A stretch of 64,000 nucleotides of DNA from Dehalococcoidia bacterium (GCA_963667205.1 OY762959.1:1342399-1406398), one strand, 5' to 3'. Positions 1-9,957 are shown, numbered from the stretch's first letter. The notes: generated from the sequence alone by a model not told the origin. Numbers and translations are program-made.

Positions 1-541
1 CGATATCGACCGCTTCGTTGACGCCGTGTATCGACAATTCGACACAGTCGACGTACTCGTGAACAACGCAGGGATGTCGCCGATGTATCCCAGCGTCGAC
101 GCCGTTACCGAAGACCTGTGGGACAAGGTCTTGGGCGTAAATCTGAAGGGGCCGTTCCGGCTTACGGCGCTCATCGGAACGCGAATGGTACGGGCTGGCG
201 GCGGGTCGATCATCAACATCAGCAGCACCGGTGCCCGAAAACCGACAGGCGATATCATTCCATATGCAGCCGCAAAGGCCGGCCTGGAGGCTATGACTGT
301 CGGCTTTGCTAATGCCCTCGGACCTACGGTGAGGGTAAACGCCATCCAGCCGGGGCCGTTTCTAACAGATGTGGCGAAGTCTTGGGATATGGTCGAGTAT
401 CAGCGCCGGATCGAAGCGACATCAGCGCTACGGCGGTTCGGCGAACCTTCGGAGATCGTGGGCTCTGCCTTGTTCTTGGCCAGCAGCGCTTCTAGCTTTA
501 CAACCGGCTCCGTCATCCGCGTAGACGGTGGCACTTTCTAA
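1..541 (+). CDS. Short-chain dehydrogenase/reductase (SDR) family oxidoreductase, 5'-partial at window edge
   Basis: Translation shows the SDR hallmarks VLVNNAGM (NAG motif) and catalytic PYAAAKAG (YxxxK). The frame is open to position 1. Confidence 0.85.
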   Translation, partial: DIDRFVDAVYRQFDTVDVLVNNAGMSPMYPSVDAVTEDLWDKVLGVNLKGPFRLTALIGTRMVRAGGGSIINISSTGARKPTGDIIPYAAAKAGLEAMTVGFANALGPTVRVNAIQPGPFLTDVAKSWDMVEYQRRIEATSALRRFGEPSEIVGSALFLASSASSFTTGSVIRVDGGTF

Positions 542-755
542 CTCGATACGCCGTCTCATCTGGCAGGTTCCTCGCACCGGACGCCGATACTGGATCGAAG
601 GTGTCAGGCCGACCTGGATGCCTACCAAGTGTACACGCCGGAATATGTGGCACCTCGTCGAGCTGTACCTTGACGACCCTGACCGCGACCGGCTGGACCC
701 GAGTCTGGACTCTTGCGTCGGCGAGGATCTCGGCGAACTCTTGCCAGGCAGTGCG

Positions 756-1037
756 CTACCAGCGGACGACCGTCTCAGGCTGAACGAACACGACCGCCGA
801 CTGCCAGCGCGACCACAGCTGGGAGAGGAATGACCAGAAGAGGCGGTCAGATGGGGCAAGCCTGGGTCGACGCGACTGGCGGGAGAGGACAGCGAGTTGC
901 TGGCGGAGAGCCAGGTTCTCAAGGACGAGATGCCGTCGCGAGCTCAGGGCTGCGCGCAGGGCGGAGCTGAGGAGCGACAAGTAGGTGATCAAGGCGGGGG
1001 CCTCCATTAAGGTGTAACGCCCCAACGCTGCCCCCAA
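756..1037 (-). mobile_element. Remnant of a DDE-transposase/integrase N-terminal region (about 90 aa, no catalytic domain)
   Basis: The segment HLVLENLALRQQLAVLSRQSRRPRLAPSDRLFWSFLSQLWSRWQSAVVFVQPETVVRW matches the conserved N-terminus of a widespread actinobacterial IS-type transposase family recalled from memory. The ORF is truncated and the downstream catalytic region is absent. Confidence 0.4.
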
Positions 1038-1642
1038 CTAGCGCACGGCGTCAACCTTTACAGATACGGATGACATTTTGGCACCCCGCAGGGGTGTACC
1101 GAGATCGCTGACCTTGATCCCGATCTGATCGAGTGTATAGTCACGTTCAACGTCTCCATGGACTACACCGCATCCGACCTGCCCAGGTCCATAGGTTGCT
1201 CCACCAAGAACCAGGGCGTCCTAGTTTTCAACGGCCTCAATGCCCCCCCGCCGTCTTTGAACTAAGCTCGCTCGACGGTGTTGCCACCGTTTCGCCGCGG
1301 GCGTTCGCCTACTTCGACGAATCAGGCAACCCTGTCTTCGGGAATCCAGTGATCATCGAACGCAGCCTATTCGGGCTCTCGTTCGAACCCGTTCCCCGCC
1401 CCCTCGCCACCATCCTATTCGCTATCGACGTAATACCCTCCTTCCTTGAGCCCGACGATTGCTTCCCGCCCGCTCACCCCGATTGCGGGGTGCCTTAGGC
1501 CCATCCTTCGCTAACGGTCAGAGGGTCACCGGGTATGAGTGCCGTGAGGACGGCGGTGTAGACGCCTGACCTGGGCTTACCGACGAGCTGCCCGTGTCTG
1601 CAATCGCCGACGGTGCTTCCGAACGTACCATCTACGTAGCTC

Positions 1643-3172
1643 ATGCGGATAGGCTTGGTTCTCACCGTTCTTGGCGCGTTGTCAGTCTCCCTGGCCGCCT
1701 GCGGTGAAGACGGCGAGGGCCCGACGCAGACGCCGTCGGACGAGCCATCGCTGGCATCGACACCAACGACCCTGCCAGATGATCCTGAGGTGCTGATGGC
1801 CAGGGCGCTGCGCACGTCGTTCCGGGAGCTCGGTGGCGTCGTCGATAACGGCTCCGATCCGACGGCCGTGCGCGCGATGGGCGAAACGGGCGACGAGCGG
1901 TACATCCCGGTTCTCATCGAGATCCTGCGCTTCTCGTGGCTTCTCTCGACCGCAACCGAAGAGGCGACCTACAGCTCGCTGGCCGCGTTGACCGGCGCGA
2001 CGTACGATGACCTGGATCCGCATCAGTTCGACTGGACCTGGTGGGTTGAGTGGCTGGGAACGCAACCGGAAGTCGAGCTGCCGCCGGGGTTCGCCCGCTG
2101 GAAGGGTGAGTTGTTCGGCCAGCTCGTCGACCCGCGCATCAACGAGTTCTTCGCCCGGGATGATCTGGCCTCGAACATCAGGATCGAAGAGATCGTCTGG
2201 GGCGGTGTGCTGCGAGACGGGATACCGGACCTGCAGAACCCGCCGACGCTTAAGGCTAGACACGCGGACTACCTGCAAGCGAACGACCGCGTGTTCGGCG
2301 TGTCCTTCAACGGAGAAAGCCGCGCCTACCCACTGCGGATCCTAAACGCCCACGAGATGGCCAACGACGAGGTGGGAGGCGTTCACTTCGCCCTCGCCTA
2401 CTGAACACTCTGCGGGAGTGGAATCGTGTATTCCACAGAGGTAGAAGGGGAGGTCCTCTCCTTCGGCACGTCGGGGCTGCTGTACCGCAGCAACAAGCTG
2501 ATGTACGATCGCGGCTCGGAGACGCTCTGGGTGCAGTTCCGGGGCACACCGGCCGTCGGCCCGCTGGTAGGCAGCGGGATCGAGCTCGAAGTATTGCCCG
2601 TAACCCTGACGACGTGGAGCGACTGGCTCGAGCTTCACCCAGAGACGACGGTGCTGGACAACGACACCGGCGTCTACCCCGCGGATGCGTATCTCCCGGA
2701 GTCCAACGAGAGATCGATCTACTATGACTACCGCGCAGATACAGGGCCTATCTTTCCGGTCCATGAGCGAAGCGAACTGCTGCCGGCGAAGTCGCTCGTG
2801 CTGGGGCTAAATATCGACGGGCTACCGAAAGCGTATCCGCTGGCGAGGCTCAACGAACACCCCGTCACCAATGATGCCGTCGGCGGCACCGACATCGTCG
2901 TGATCGCAACTGACGGCATGCGGCTGTACCTCGAGAGCATCCGAGGTGCACGCGCATACGAACGAAACGGCCTCTCGTTCTCCGGTCCGGCGAGCGAAGA
3001 CGGTGTTCTGAGCGTAATAGATGCGTCGGGCAGGCGCTGGCTGCTGCGGGAAGACGCACTCGTGCTCGAGAGCAACCCTTCGCAATCGCTGCCGCGCCTG
3101 GAGAGCAGGGTCGCCTACTGGTTTGGCTGGTTCCAGTACCATCCGACGACGGCGATCTACGAAGCGCCGTAG
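1643..3172 (+). CDS. Putative lipoprotein with UxxC motif (called DUF3179 from memory of that family's YCPLCGSG motif, Pfam not verifiable); single gene read through an in-frame TGA at 2402-2404 as candidate selenocysteine
   Basis: ORFs 1643-2404 and 2426-3172 are in the same frame, separated only by TGA plus 7 sense codons. The joined product reads ...VGGVHFALAY-U-TLCGSGIVYSTE..., placing TGA at the first Cys of a CxxC-type motif. Both halves carry the same internal repeat (AYPLxxLNxHxxNDxVGG). The N-terminus has a lipobox (LSVSLAAC). Confidence 0.6.
2408..2440 (+). promoter_or_regulatory. Candidate bacterial SECIS hairpin 4 nt downstream of the in-frame TGA
   Basis: ctct(2408-2411) pairs with agag(2437-2440). 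gtggaat(2419-2425) pairs with attccac(2430-2436). The apical loop is cgtg and a 7-nt 5' bulge lies between the two stems. Loop G/U falls about 22 nt after the UGA. Confidence 0.45.
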
Positions 3173-3566
3173 CCGCATCCATTGCGGGCCTGCGGACGGC
3201 TGTGATCCGCAACGCTCGTGAAGCGGTTGCCGCAATCCTTCGACTGCACACGGAAGAACGGGCCACTGTCGAAGAAGAAGGCAACGCCAAGCCGACGATC
3301 GTGCCGGCCTCGCCGGAAGTGCCTTCTGCATCGTTGAGAATCGCATGCTGCTCACCGCGTACCATGTCTTCAACGAGGGGAAGGCCCGCGATCCGAAGGA
3401 CAAGTTCTACGCCATCATCGTTCCTCAGAACGGGGAGAAAGCCTACAACTTCCCCGTGGTCAGATTTCCGTTCGAGAGCCTCGAGTTGGACCTGACCGTT
3501 AAGCGTAAAGGCCCCGCACTCGCGAGGCCAGTGACCCAGGGAAAAGAGGCGAAGGCCTAATTCATC

Positions 3567-3736
3567 GGGATCGAGTTCGACAGCAACGCTGACAGCAACG
3601 TGGGCGGACTTCGGGGTGCAAGGGGAGTCAAGCTGAGACGCTTCTAGATACGGGAGAAACCTCTGGAGACAGCCTGAGACGCTGCACAGACAACTTTTAA
3701 TCCGGGAGTCGTGGGTTCGAATCCCACCGGGCCCTC
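3567..3736 (+). ncRNA. tRNA-like/tmRNA-like structured element, copy 1, in an intergenic region
   Basis: The 3' end contains a perfect T-arm, GTGGG-TTCGAAT-CCCAC, followed by the acceptor strand CGGGCCC. No complete cloverleaf lies upstream. About 170 nt is homologous to the element at 18847-18995. The 5' part contains GGGATCGAGTTCGAC. Confidence 0.35.
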
Positions 3737-3885
3737 AACAAATTCGTATCTGAAATTGGCCCGGAAGCCGAGTCACCGTAGGCGCCAAGAGGCGTTTGAC
3801 GGCAACGCAGCGGCGTTCAGTACCACGACTTCCCGCCGTCTTGCCTGTTGAGTTTACCGTCGCACGCGTTTAGATTGCGCATCAG

Positions 3886-4194
3886 ATGGATGCTGAGAAG
3901 TTCCTGGCCAGCCTTCGACAGGAAGTCCTTGATCCCATGGAGCACGCAGACACGTCAGGGATAATGGAGCAACTGGAGCAACTCAACCCCGCGATTCGTG
4001 CCCTTGAGGCGGCCAACACCGAGGAGGAACTGCGAGAGTTCCTAGAGATGCCGGGCGCCAGCGATGTGGCAGGTCACATACTCGGGATCTCTGCCCGCTG
4101 GCTTGCTGGTCGGAATCGTTCTCAAGTCGCCAGGCACCCCCCTCAGACTCTCGGTGCCGAGGGTAGTCTCACCATGAATAGCCGAACGAGATGA
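3886..4194 (+). CDS. Hypothetical small protein overlapping the amidase start
   Basis: ORF only. It has a 4-nt overlap (ATGA) with the downstream amidase gene. Confidence 0.3.
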   Translation: MDAEKFLASLRQEVLDPMEHADTSGIMEQLEQLNPAIRALEAANTEEELREFLEMPGASDVAGHILGISARWLAGRNRSQVARHPPQTLGAEGSLTMNSRTR

Positions 4195-5594
4195 CTCAAA
4201 GCCGCAGCGCGCTGGAAATCGCCCGTCTGGTTCGCCGACGCGAGATATCTCCGCTAGAAGTTATCGATAGTACGCTCACCAGCCTCGACAGGCTGAACCC
4301 GAGCCTGAAAGCTTTTGTCGCTGTTCGTCGTGAAGAGGCGATGGCTGAAGCCCAGGCCCTGCATGCTCGGCTTGAGAGCGGCGACGATCCGGGCATCCTC
4401 GCCGGAGTACCGATCGGCGTCAAGGATGTGGAGGACGTTGCCGGATTGCCGACGACCTACGGCAGTGTTCCGTTCGAGGACAATCTGGCGCGCCAGGACT
4501 CAGTTCACGTTGAGAGGCTGCGGGCGGCTGGAGCGATCGTCCTCGGCAAGACAAACACCCCGGAGTTTGCGTCCGCCGGGTTCACCAGGAACCTACTGTT
4601 CGATGTAACACGGAGTCCGTGGGATCCGGAGCTAACGCCCGGCGGATCGAGCGGAGGTTCAGCGGCCGCAGTAGTCTCCGGGATCGTGTCGCTCGCAGCG
4701 GGAACGGACAGAGGCGGATCGATCCGGATCCCCGCCTCGTACACCGGCTGCTTCGGAATGAAACCGAGCTTCGGCCGGATCCCGCGCGGGCCCTCGACGA
4801 TGCTGCAGTGGAGCGATCTAGAATCGATAGGCGCGCTGTGCGGCCCTGTCGAGGACTACGCTCTCTACCTCGACGCCGTATGCGGCTATCATCCGCTGGA
4901 CCCTGACTCGCTGCCAGCGCCTCCGGCCGGCTTCCTGGCGTGCTTGGACGAGCCGCTACCGAAGCTTCGCATAGGCTGGGCACCTGCGTTTGGTAGGAAC
5001 CGCTGCGATGACGAGGTCTTGGATGCCGTGAGATCAGCGGTCAGCGCCATCGAGGGCCTTGGGCAGGATGTTGAGGAGGTCGACGTGCCTCTCTCTGACG
5101 CGACAAGTGCCGCCTGGCTGGCGATAGGCGCGTTCGAGCGCTACGCGGAGCTCAACGAGTTCATCGAGCCGCACCGGGAGAGTTTTGGGCGAGCTTTTCT
5201 TGCTGGAGTGGAGTTTGGCAAAGAGGTCACCGCTGAACGCTACGGCGAAGCGCAGAGAGTCCGTTCGGAGCTTAATAGCCGACTTGCAGCGCTCTTTCGC
5301 GATTACGATCTGCTGCTTACTCCAGCAACGGCAACGACTGCGTTCGATGTCCGCGGTAGGCTTCCGTCGGAGATCGCCGGGGTGAAGGTCGAAGACCCGC
5401 TTGAGGTTACGCCGTTCACCTATCAGTGCAACATGTCGGGGCATCCTGCTGCGAGCGTGCCGGCGGGCCTTGTCGGCGGACTGCCCGTCGGTCTGCAGGT
5501 GGTGGGGGCGAGACACCGCGATGACCTTGTATTGCAGCTGTGCCACGCCTTCGAGAAGATCCGCCCGTGGACGCAAGCCTGGCCTGAGCTCTAG
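4191..5594 (+). CDS. Amidase (amidase-signature family)
   Basis: Carries the GGSSGGSAAAV amidase-signature motif and a Ser-cisSer-Lys type core. Confidence 0.9.
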   Translation: MTQSRSALEIARLVRRREISPLEVIDSTLTSLDRLNPSLKAFVAVRREEAMAEAQALHARLESGDDPGILAGVPIGVKDVEDVAGLPTTYGSVPFEDNLARQDSVHVERLRAAGAIVLGKTNTPEFASAGFTRNLLFDVTRSPWDPELTPGGSSGGSAAAVVSGIVSLAAGTDRGGSIRIPASYTGCFGMKPSFGRIPRGPSTMLQWSDLESIGALCGPVEDYALYLDAVCGYHPLDPDSLPAPPAGFLACLDEPLPKLRIGWAPAFGRNRCDDEVLDAVRSAVSAIEGLGQDVEEVDVPLSDATSAAWLAIGAFERYAELNEFIEPHRESFGRAFLAGVEFGKEVTAERYGEAQRVRSELNSRLAALFRDYDLLLTPATATTAFDVRGRLPSEIAGVKVEDPLEVTPFTYQCNMSGHPAASVPAGLVGGLPVGLQVVGARHRDDLVLQLCHAFEKIRPWTQAWPEL

Positions 5595-6745
5595 CGCTCG
5601 AACAGGTGGACGACGATTCCTGCGTTGGCACCGCCGGCGGCGTTGTGGCAGAGCCCGACTTTCGGTGGCCCTTCGACCTGCCGAGCACCGGCCTCGCCCA
5701 GCAACTGAGAGTAGATCTCGGCGATCTGCGCTACGCCCGTCGCGCCGAGCGGGTGACCGCGGCTGAGGAGCCCGCCATCCGTATTAACTGGAATGGTGCC
5801 TTCGATGCCGGTCTCACCGCGCATCGTCTTATCGGCGGCCTCACCCTCTCCGCACAGCCCCAGCGCCTCGATCCGCACAATCTCGCCGGAGGTGAAGGCA
5901 TCGTGAAGCTGCGTTACGCCGACATCTTCGGGTCCGATGCCAGCTCGCTCGTATGCTTCTCCGGCTATGCGTTTCGCCACCGCGTCGGTTAGGTCGGCGT
6001 CTGTTTCGAGGCTCTCGGAATCTTCGTACTTTGGCGTGCCCATCGACCAGCCGCTCACGCGAATCCACTTGCTCGAGTAGCGAGGTGCTACGTCCTTGGC
6101 ACAGACCACAGCGGCGGAGGCCCCGTCGCTCGTTGGACAGCAGTGGTAGAGCGTGATCGGATCGGAGATCATGCGCGAGTTCATAACCTCCTCCAGAGAA
6201 AGGGGCTTCTGGTGATGCGCATTGGGGTTATGCTGAGCGTTCTTGTGAGACTTGACCGACACCTCAGCGAAAGCCTCGGATGTCGCCCCGTACTTATCCA
6301 TGTAGGCGTTCGCTTTGAGGGCGTATCGAGGCGGCATGAGACCCATACCTAGCTTGTCCTTGTAGGTCCCCTCCGTGTTCGCCTGTACCAGGCCGCGCTC
6401 CATCCTCTCGAATCCAACGACGAGTGCGATATCGTAGACGCCGGACTCGATAGCCTGGCAGGCCTGCCGGAAGGCCGTCGAACTGCTAGCGCAGGCCATA
6501 TCGGTACTGATGATAGGGACCCCTGTCATGCCCAGCTCAGACACGGCCTCGAACGCGCCGCCGCTCGACGGTTGAACGCGTCCACAGGTAACGAGCTCCA
6601 CGTCCCTAAACGGAACACCCGCCATATCGAGTGCGTTGGTTGCGGCCTCTCGGACGAGCTCCTGCGCTGTCTTTTCGGGCCATCGCCCGAATGGGTGAAG
6701 TCCAACTCCCATGACCACTACGTCTCGACTCATGCCTACGACCAC
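5591..6745 (-). CDS. Thiolase-like lipid-transfer protein (SCP-x/Ltp-type thiolase)
   Basis: MSRDVVVMGVGLHPFGRW... is a thiolase-fold N-terminus. A conserved C-terminal GGLLSRGHPLGATG is present. It is paired with a DUF35 gene. Confidence 0.85.
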   Translation of the reverse strand: MVVGMSRDVVVMGVGLHPFGRWPEKTAQELVREAATNALDMAGVPFRDVELVTCGRVQPSSGGAFEAVSELGMTGVPIISTDMACASSSTAFRQACQAIESGVYDIALVVGFERMERGLVQANTEGTYKDKLGMGLMPPRYALKANAYMDKYGATSEAFAEVSVKSHKNAQHNPNAHHQKPLSLEEVMNSRMISDPITLYHCCPTSDGASAAVVCAKDVAPRYSSKWIRVSGWSMGTPKYEDSESLETDADLTDAVAKRIAGEAYERAGIGPEDVGVTQLHDAFTSGEIVRIEALGLCGEGEAADKTMRGETGIEGTIPVNTDGGLLSRGHPLGATGVAQIAEIYSQLLGEAGARQVEGPPKVGLCHNAAGGANAGIVVHLFER

Positions 6746-7062
6746 CCGTTTCTGGCCGGCGCAAAGCGGTACGCGCCGACCTCTTCGCCTTCCTCGTCGG
6801 TTCCTATCGACTCCAGTACAAGCTCAACCCTGGCGCCTGCCTCGATCTGCTCTGAGTCGACCTGGGAGCCGCTGATCGCCTCGACTGTCGGCCCCGAGTC
6901 AAGATCAACGATCGCCACGTAGTACGGCGCCGGCACCATTGAACTCGGGCCTGTGCGATGCACCAGGGTGAGAGCCTTTATGACTCCCGCCTTGGGAAGA
7001 TCAACGTCATCGAGGTTGGCAAAACCGCAACGCGGACAGCGATAGCGCACGGGATGGAACAC
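6736..7062 (-). CDS. DUF35 OB-fold / Zn-ribbon protein, partner of the Ltp thiolase
   Basis: Contains a CPRCG Zn-ribbon followed by an OB-fold. It is translationally coupled with overlap to the thiolase. Confidence 0.85.
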   Translation of the reverse strand: MFHPVRYRCPRCGFANLDDVDLPKAGVIKALTLVHRTGPSSMVPAPYYVAIVDLDSGPTVEAISGSQVDSEQIEAGARVELVLESIGTDEEGEEVGAYRFAPARNGWS

Positions 7063-7254
7063 AGTATCACAGTCTGAGCACCGCCGCCCGATGAGAGACC
7101 ATGCATCCGCCGCGGAGGAGTCAAGCCTGAGGAGCTAGTCGTCGACCGCCTTCATTGTCTTGCGAGCGATCGTACCGTGCGTCTCGTAATCGAGTCAACG
7201 ATGCCAGGGCCTGATCTACTTGAGGATAAGCGACAGGCTGGCCTAGAATCGTGG

Positions 7255-7590
7255 GCGTGAGTCCCCCTGAGGAGCGCATCGCTATCGCGGGCGTTGGAGT
7301 TACAGAGCTTGGAGCGCTTCCTGAGAAGAGCGGCACGATGCTCGCTACGGAGGCGATACGCGCGGCGATGAGGGCCACGACTCCTCGACCCACCTCGCCG
7401 CCGGCTCTGCGAGCCAGGACGTGATCCGGGACGAACTCGCGGAGTACGTCGCTATCGTTGGCGACGAAAGAGAGTGCAGGGATCGTCTTCAGGCAATTGC
7501 TGCTATCGGCGTTGACCAGATCACTCTCACACTGATGTCAGGCGGCCGAATGGAGCGCCTGCAATCATTCGCGAAAGTTGCATTGTCGTA
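7255..7590 (+). pseudogene. Gene remnants: thiolase N-terminal fragment fused to an LLM-oxidoreductase C-terminal fragment
   Basis: The + frame gives ...ERIAIAGVGVTELGALPEKSGTMLATEAIRAAM (thiolase N-terminus) and ...YVAIVGDERECRDRLQAIAAIGVDQITLTLM (LLM C-terminus). There is no complete ORF. Confidence 0.4.
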
Positions 7591-7614
7591 AGGATCAATG
7601 AGCAGGAGCTGGAT

Positions 7615-8418
7615 ATGACTGAAACGCAGGCGAACACCCAAATCGAGGTCACCCGTGACGGTTCCGTTGCAGTCATTCGCGTCAATCGTCCGGAACGCAA
7701 GAATGCGATGACCGCCGAAATGTTCCAGGAGTTCTCGGATCGTCTGAAGGAGCTCGGCTCCGACAATGACGTGCGCTGCGTCGTAATCACCGGCACCGGA
7801 GACGTCTTCCTCTCCGGCGCGGACGTTGGGAAGGTCACATCCACCGTTGGCGAGATGAGCCCCGCGGACTGGCGGGACGTACGCGATCTGTTCCAGGAGC
7901 AGTTCTGGGCGCTCTATTCGATGCGGAAGCCGACGATCGCAGCAATTAATGGAGCGGCCGTCGTGACCGGCGTCGAGGTCGCACTTGCCTGCGATATCCG
8001 CATCGCCTCAGATCAGTCCCGTTACCGGGTTGGATTCCGCCGCATGGCTCTGATGCCAACGCCGATAATCTGCTACATGCTGCCGCACGTTATCGGCCCC
8101 GGACGAGCTAAGCTCATGGCGTTCACCGACCGCTTCTTCCCGGCGCCCGAAGCCGAACGCATGGGGCTCATTGACGTCGTTGTCCCGCACGACAAACTGA
8201 TGGACGAGACGATGAGTCTCGCACATGAGCTAGCGTCAGGGCCGACAATGATGATCGCTTCGACGAAGGCCGCCATGGACCAGTCGTTCAACCTGGACTT
8301 CGATGTCCTCCGCCGGCAGATCGATGGCATGCAATACACGCTTACGCGCACCCAGGACTACCAGGAGGCGATGGCCGCGTTCGCAGAGCGCCGGGAGCCC
8401 GACTACAAGGGCAGGTGA
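7615..8418 (+). CDS. Enoyl-CoA hydratase/isomerase (crotonase family)
   Basis: Typical crotonase fold sequence (VAVIRVNRPERKNAM... ITGTGDVFLSGADV). Confidence 0.9.
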   Translation: MTETQANTQIEVTRDGSVAVIRVNRPERKNAMTAEMFQEFSDRLKELGSDNDVRCVVITGTGDVFLSGADVGKVTSTVGEMSPADWRDVRDLFQEQFWALYSMRKPTIAAINGAAVVTGVEVALACDIRIASDQSRYRVGFRRMALMPTPIICYMLPHVIGPGRAKLMAFTDRFFPAPEAERMGLIDVVVPHDKLMDETMSLAHELASGPTMMIASTKAAMDQSFNLDFDVLRRQIDGMQYTLTRTQDYQEAMAAFAERREPDYKGR

Positions 8419-8468
8419 GAGCCTGCCCATTCTCCCTAACGCGCTCTTCGAATTCAGGAGGACGTCTC

Positions 8469-9711
8469 TTAGAAAATGGCGCCAGTCCTCCCTGAGTCCC
8501 TCCTGCGTGCCCGATCGCAGACGATGTCTGGAAGATCCGGCGCGATGCGGAGGTTCACGTGCTTCTCTTCGATCGAGAACTGAAGATCATCTGTGACCTC
8601 TCCGATTAGCGGTTCTACGGCCACAGTGGAGTAATTAGCGCCGACCCGGCCAATACGCGACAAATCAAGCAAGTCTTCGATAAGGGACTTCATTCGCACA
8701 GCGCTCTCCCGGACGACGCTAATGTATCGTCTACCTTCGCCGTCCAGCTGTTCGGAGTAGTCCTCGGCCAGAAATGCGCTGAACGCCTCTATGCCTCGCA
8801 GCGGTTCCTTGAGGTCGTGGCTGACGACGTATGTAAAGTCTTCGAGCTCTTGATTAGAGTGTGTTAGTTCCCGGTTAGCATCATCGAGCTGAGCGGTCCT
8901 CTCGGCGACGCGCTTCTCGACGTCATCGGCGTGTCCCCGGATGGCCAAAAGGAATCTGGAAAGAAGCCCGGTTGCCAGCAACCCCACTACTAACACGGCC
9001 CATGGCAACCAGCTGCTGAAGCCCGTCAGATCGGAATGCGATGAAATTGCTAGTGTCCAAGTCCTGTCCGCAACGGCCAAGTCCGTGGCCCAGTCCGGGG
9101 GTGGCCGGCTGCTCGCCAGACGTCTGGCTGTAGAGCACGCCGGGGTCGGCGGGGTTCGTTGAAGCGATCAGTTGAATGTCGATCCCGGTAGTGTCGAGAC
9201 GCGCCAGATCGGCCTCGAGCATGTCTCCAACGCGAAATACTGCAAGAGCGAATCCAGCGAGGTTTTCCTGGCGCTCCTCTAGAGTCTCGAAGGGCAGCCC
9301 CGCCGCAAAGATTGGCACGAAGAAGAGGAATCCCGACTGCGTGGAAGTCTCTTGAACGAGTGTGATCTGAGCTGTTGTGGTGGCATCACCTGTATCGGTG
9401 GCGCTATTCAGGGCTTGGAGTCGAGTCTGGCTCGAGCCTAGATCGAATCCTAGGGCAGCTTCGTTACCCGAGTACGGCTCAACGTAGTAGACAGGAAAGT
9501 AGACCGACCGCTGGGCAGCGGCAACAACCTCGCCCGCGGGCGTCCGTTCAATGATCTCGAAGTCTGCGAAGCCATCCGCGCGGGCTTCCGCCTCGTAGGA
9601 GGCGCGTTGGGCTTCAGAGACCGATAACCACGCCTGGGACAAGGCGCACCCGGACCTCGACATGAACGATCCAGCCGACAACATGAGCTGCGTGCTGGCC
9701 TCCTTGGCCAT
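8469..9711 (-). pseudogene. CHASE-domain sensor histidine kinase, frameshifted and lacking the HATPase domain
   Basis: ORF 8923-9711 encodes a periplasmic CHASE-like domain (YVEPYSGNEAALGFD). The overlapping ORF 8469-9080 in another frame encodes a TM helix plus HisKA (SHDLKEPLR). It ends without an ATP-binding domain. Confidence 0.6.
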
Positions 9712-9744
9712 GATGTACCACTCCTCCGGCGACGACCTCAGCCA

Positions 9745-9815
9745 GGTTCGAATCCCACCGGGCCCTCCACGTTGCTTCCCTATCTAAATGCAGGTCGGCC
9801 GAAAGTGGCCGTTTC
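9745..9815 (+). repeat. Partial copy (copy 2) of the tRNA-like 3' domain plus conserved downstream flank
   Basis: GGTTCGAATCCCACCGGGCCCTCCACGTT plus about 40 nt of 3' flank, homologous to 18970-19040. It lacks the upstream body. Confidence 0.5.
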
Positions 9816-9957
9816 CTTGACCCATTGATACTCAGTCCTAGAGTCAGCGAACGCGAGAGGCGGCGTGTTCTAACGACCGGCTGCTGCGGAGCCGAGGCAG
9901 TGGAGCCTTCCGCGGAACCATGCGCTCGGCACGCAGGAGAAGACTGCTGAAGGAGCG

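Noticed and set aside
3567-3736. Calling the copy-1 element a canonical tRNA or one-piece tmRNA
   Set aside because: No 5' acceptor strand complementary to CGGGCCC at the right distance, no D-arm and no ALAA-type tag frame. It is too short (about 170 nt) for a standard tmRNA and lacks an encoded CCA.
3737-9744. Interpreting the segment between copies 1 and 2 as an intact integrative element or prophage
   Set aside because: No integrase, excisionase, or phage/conjugation genes. The content is ordinary catabolic genes plus pseudogenes. At most it is an ancient, degraded insertion.
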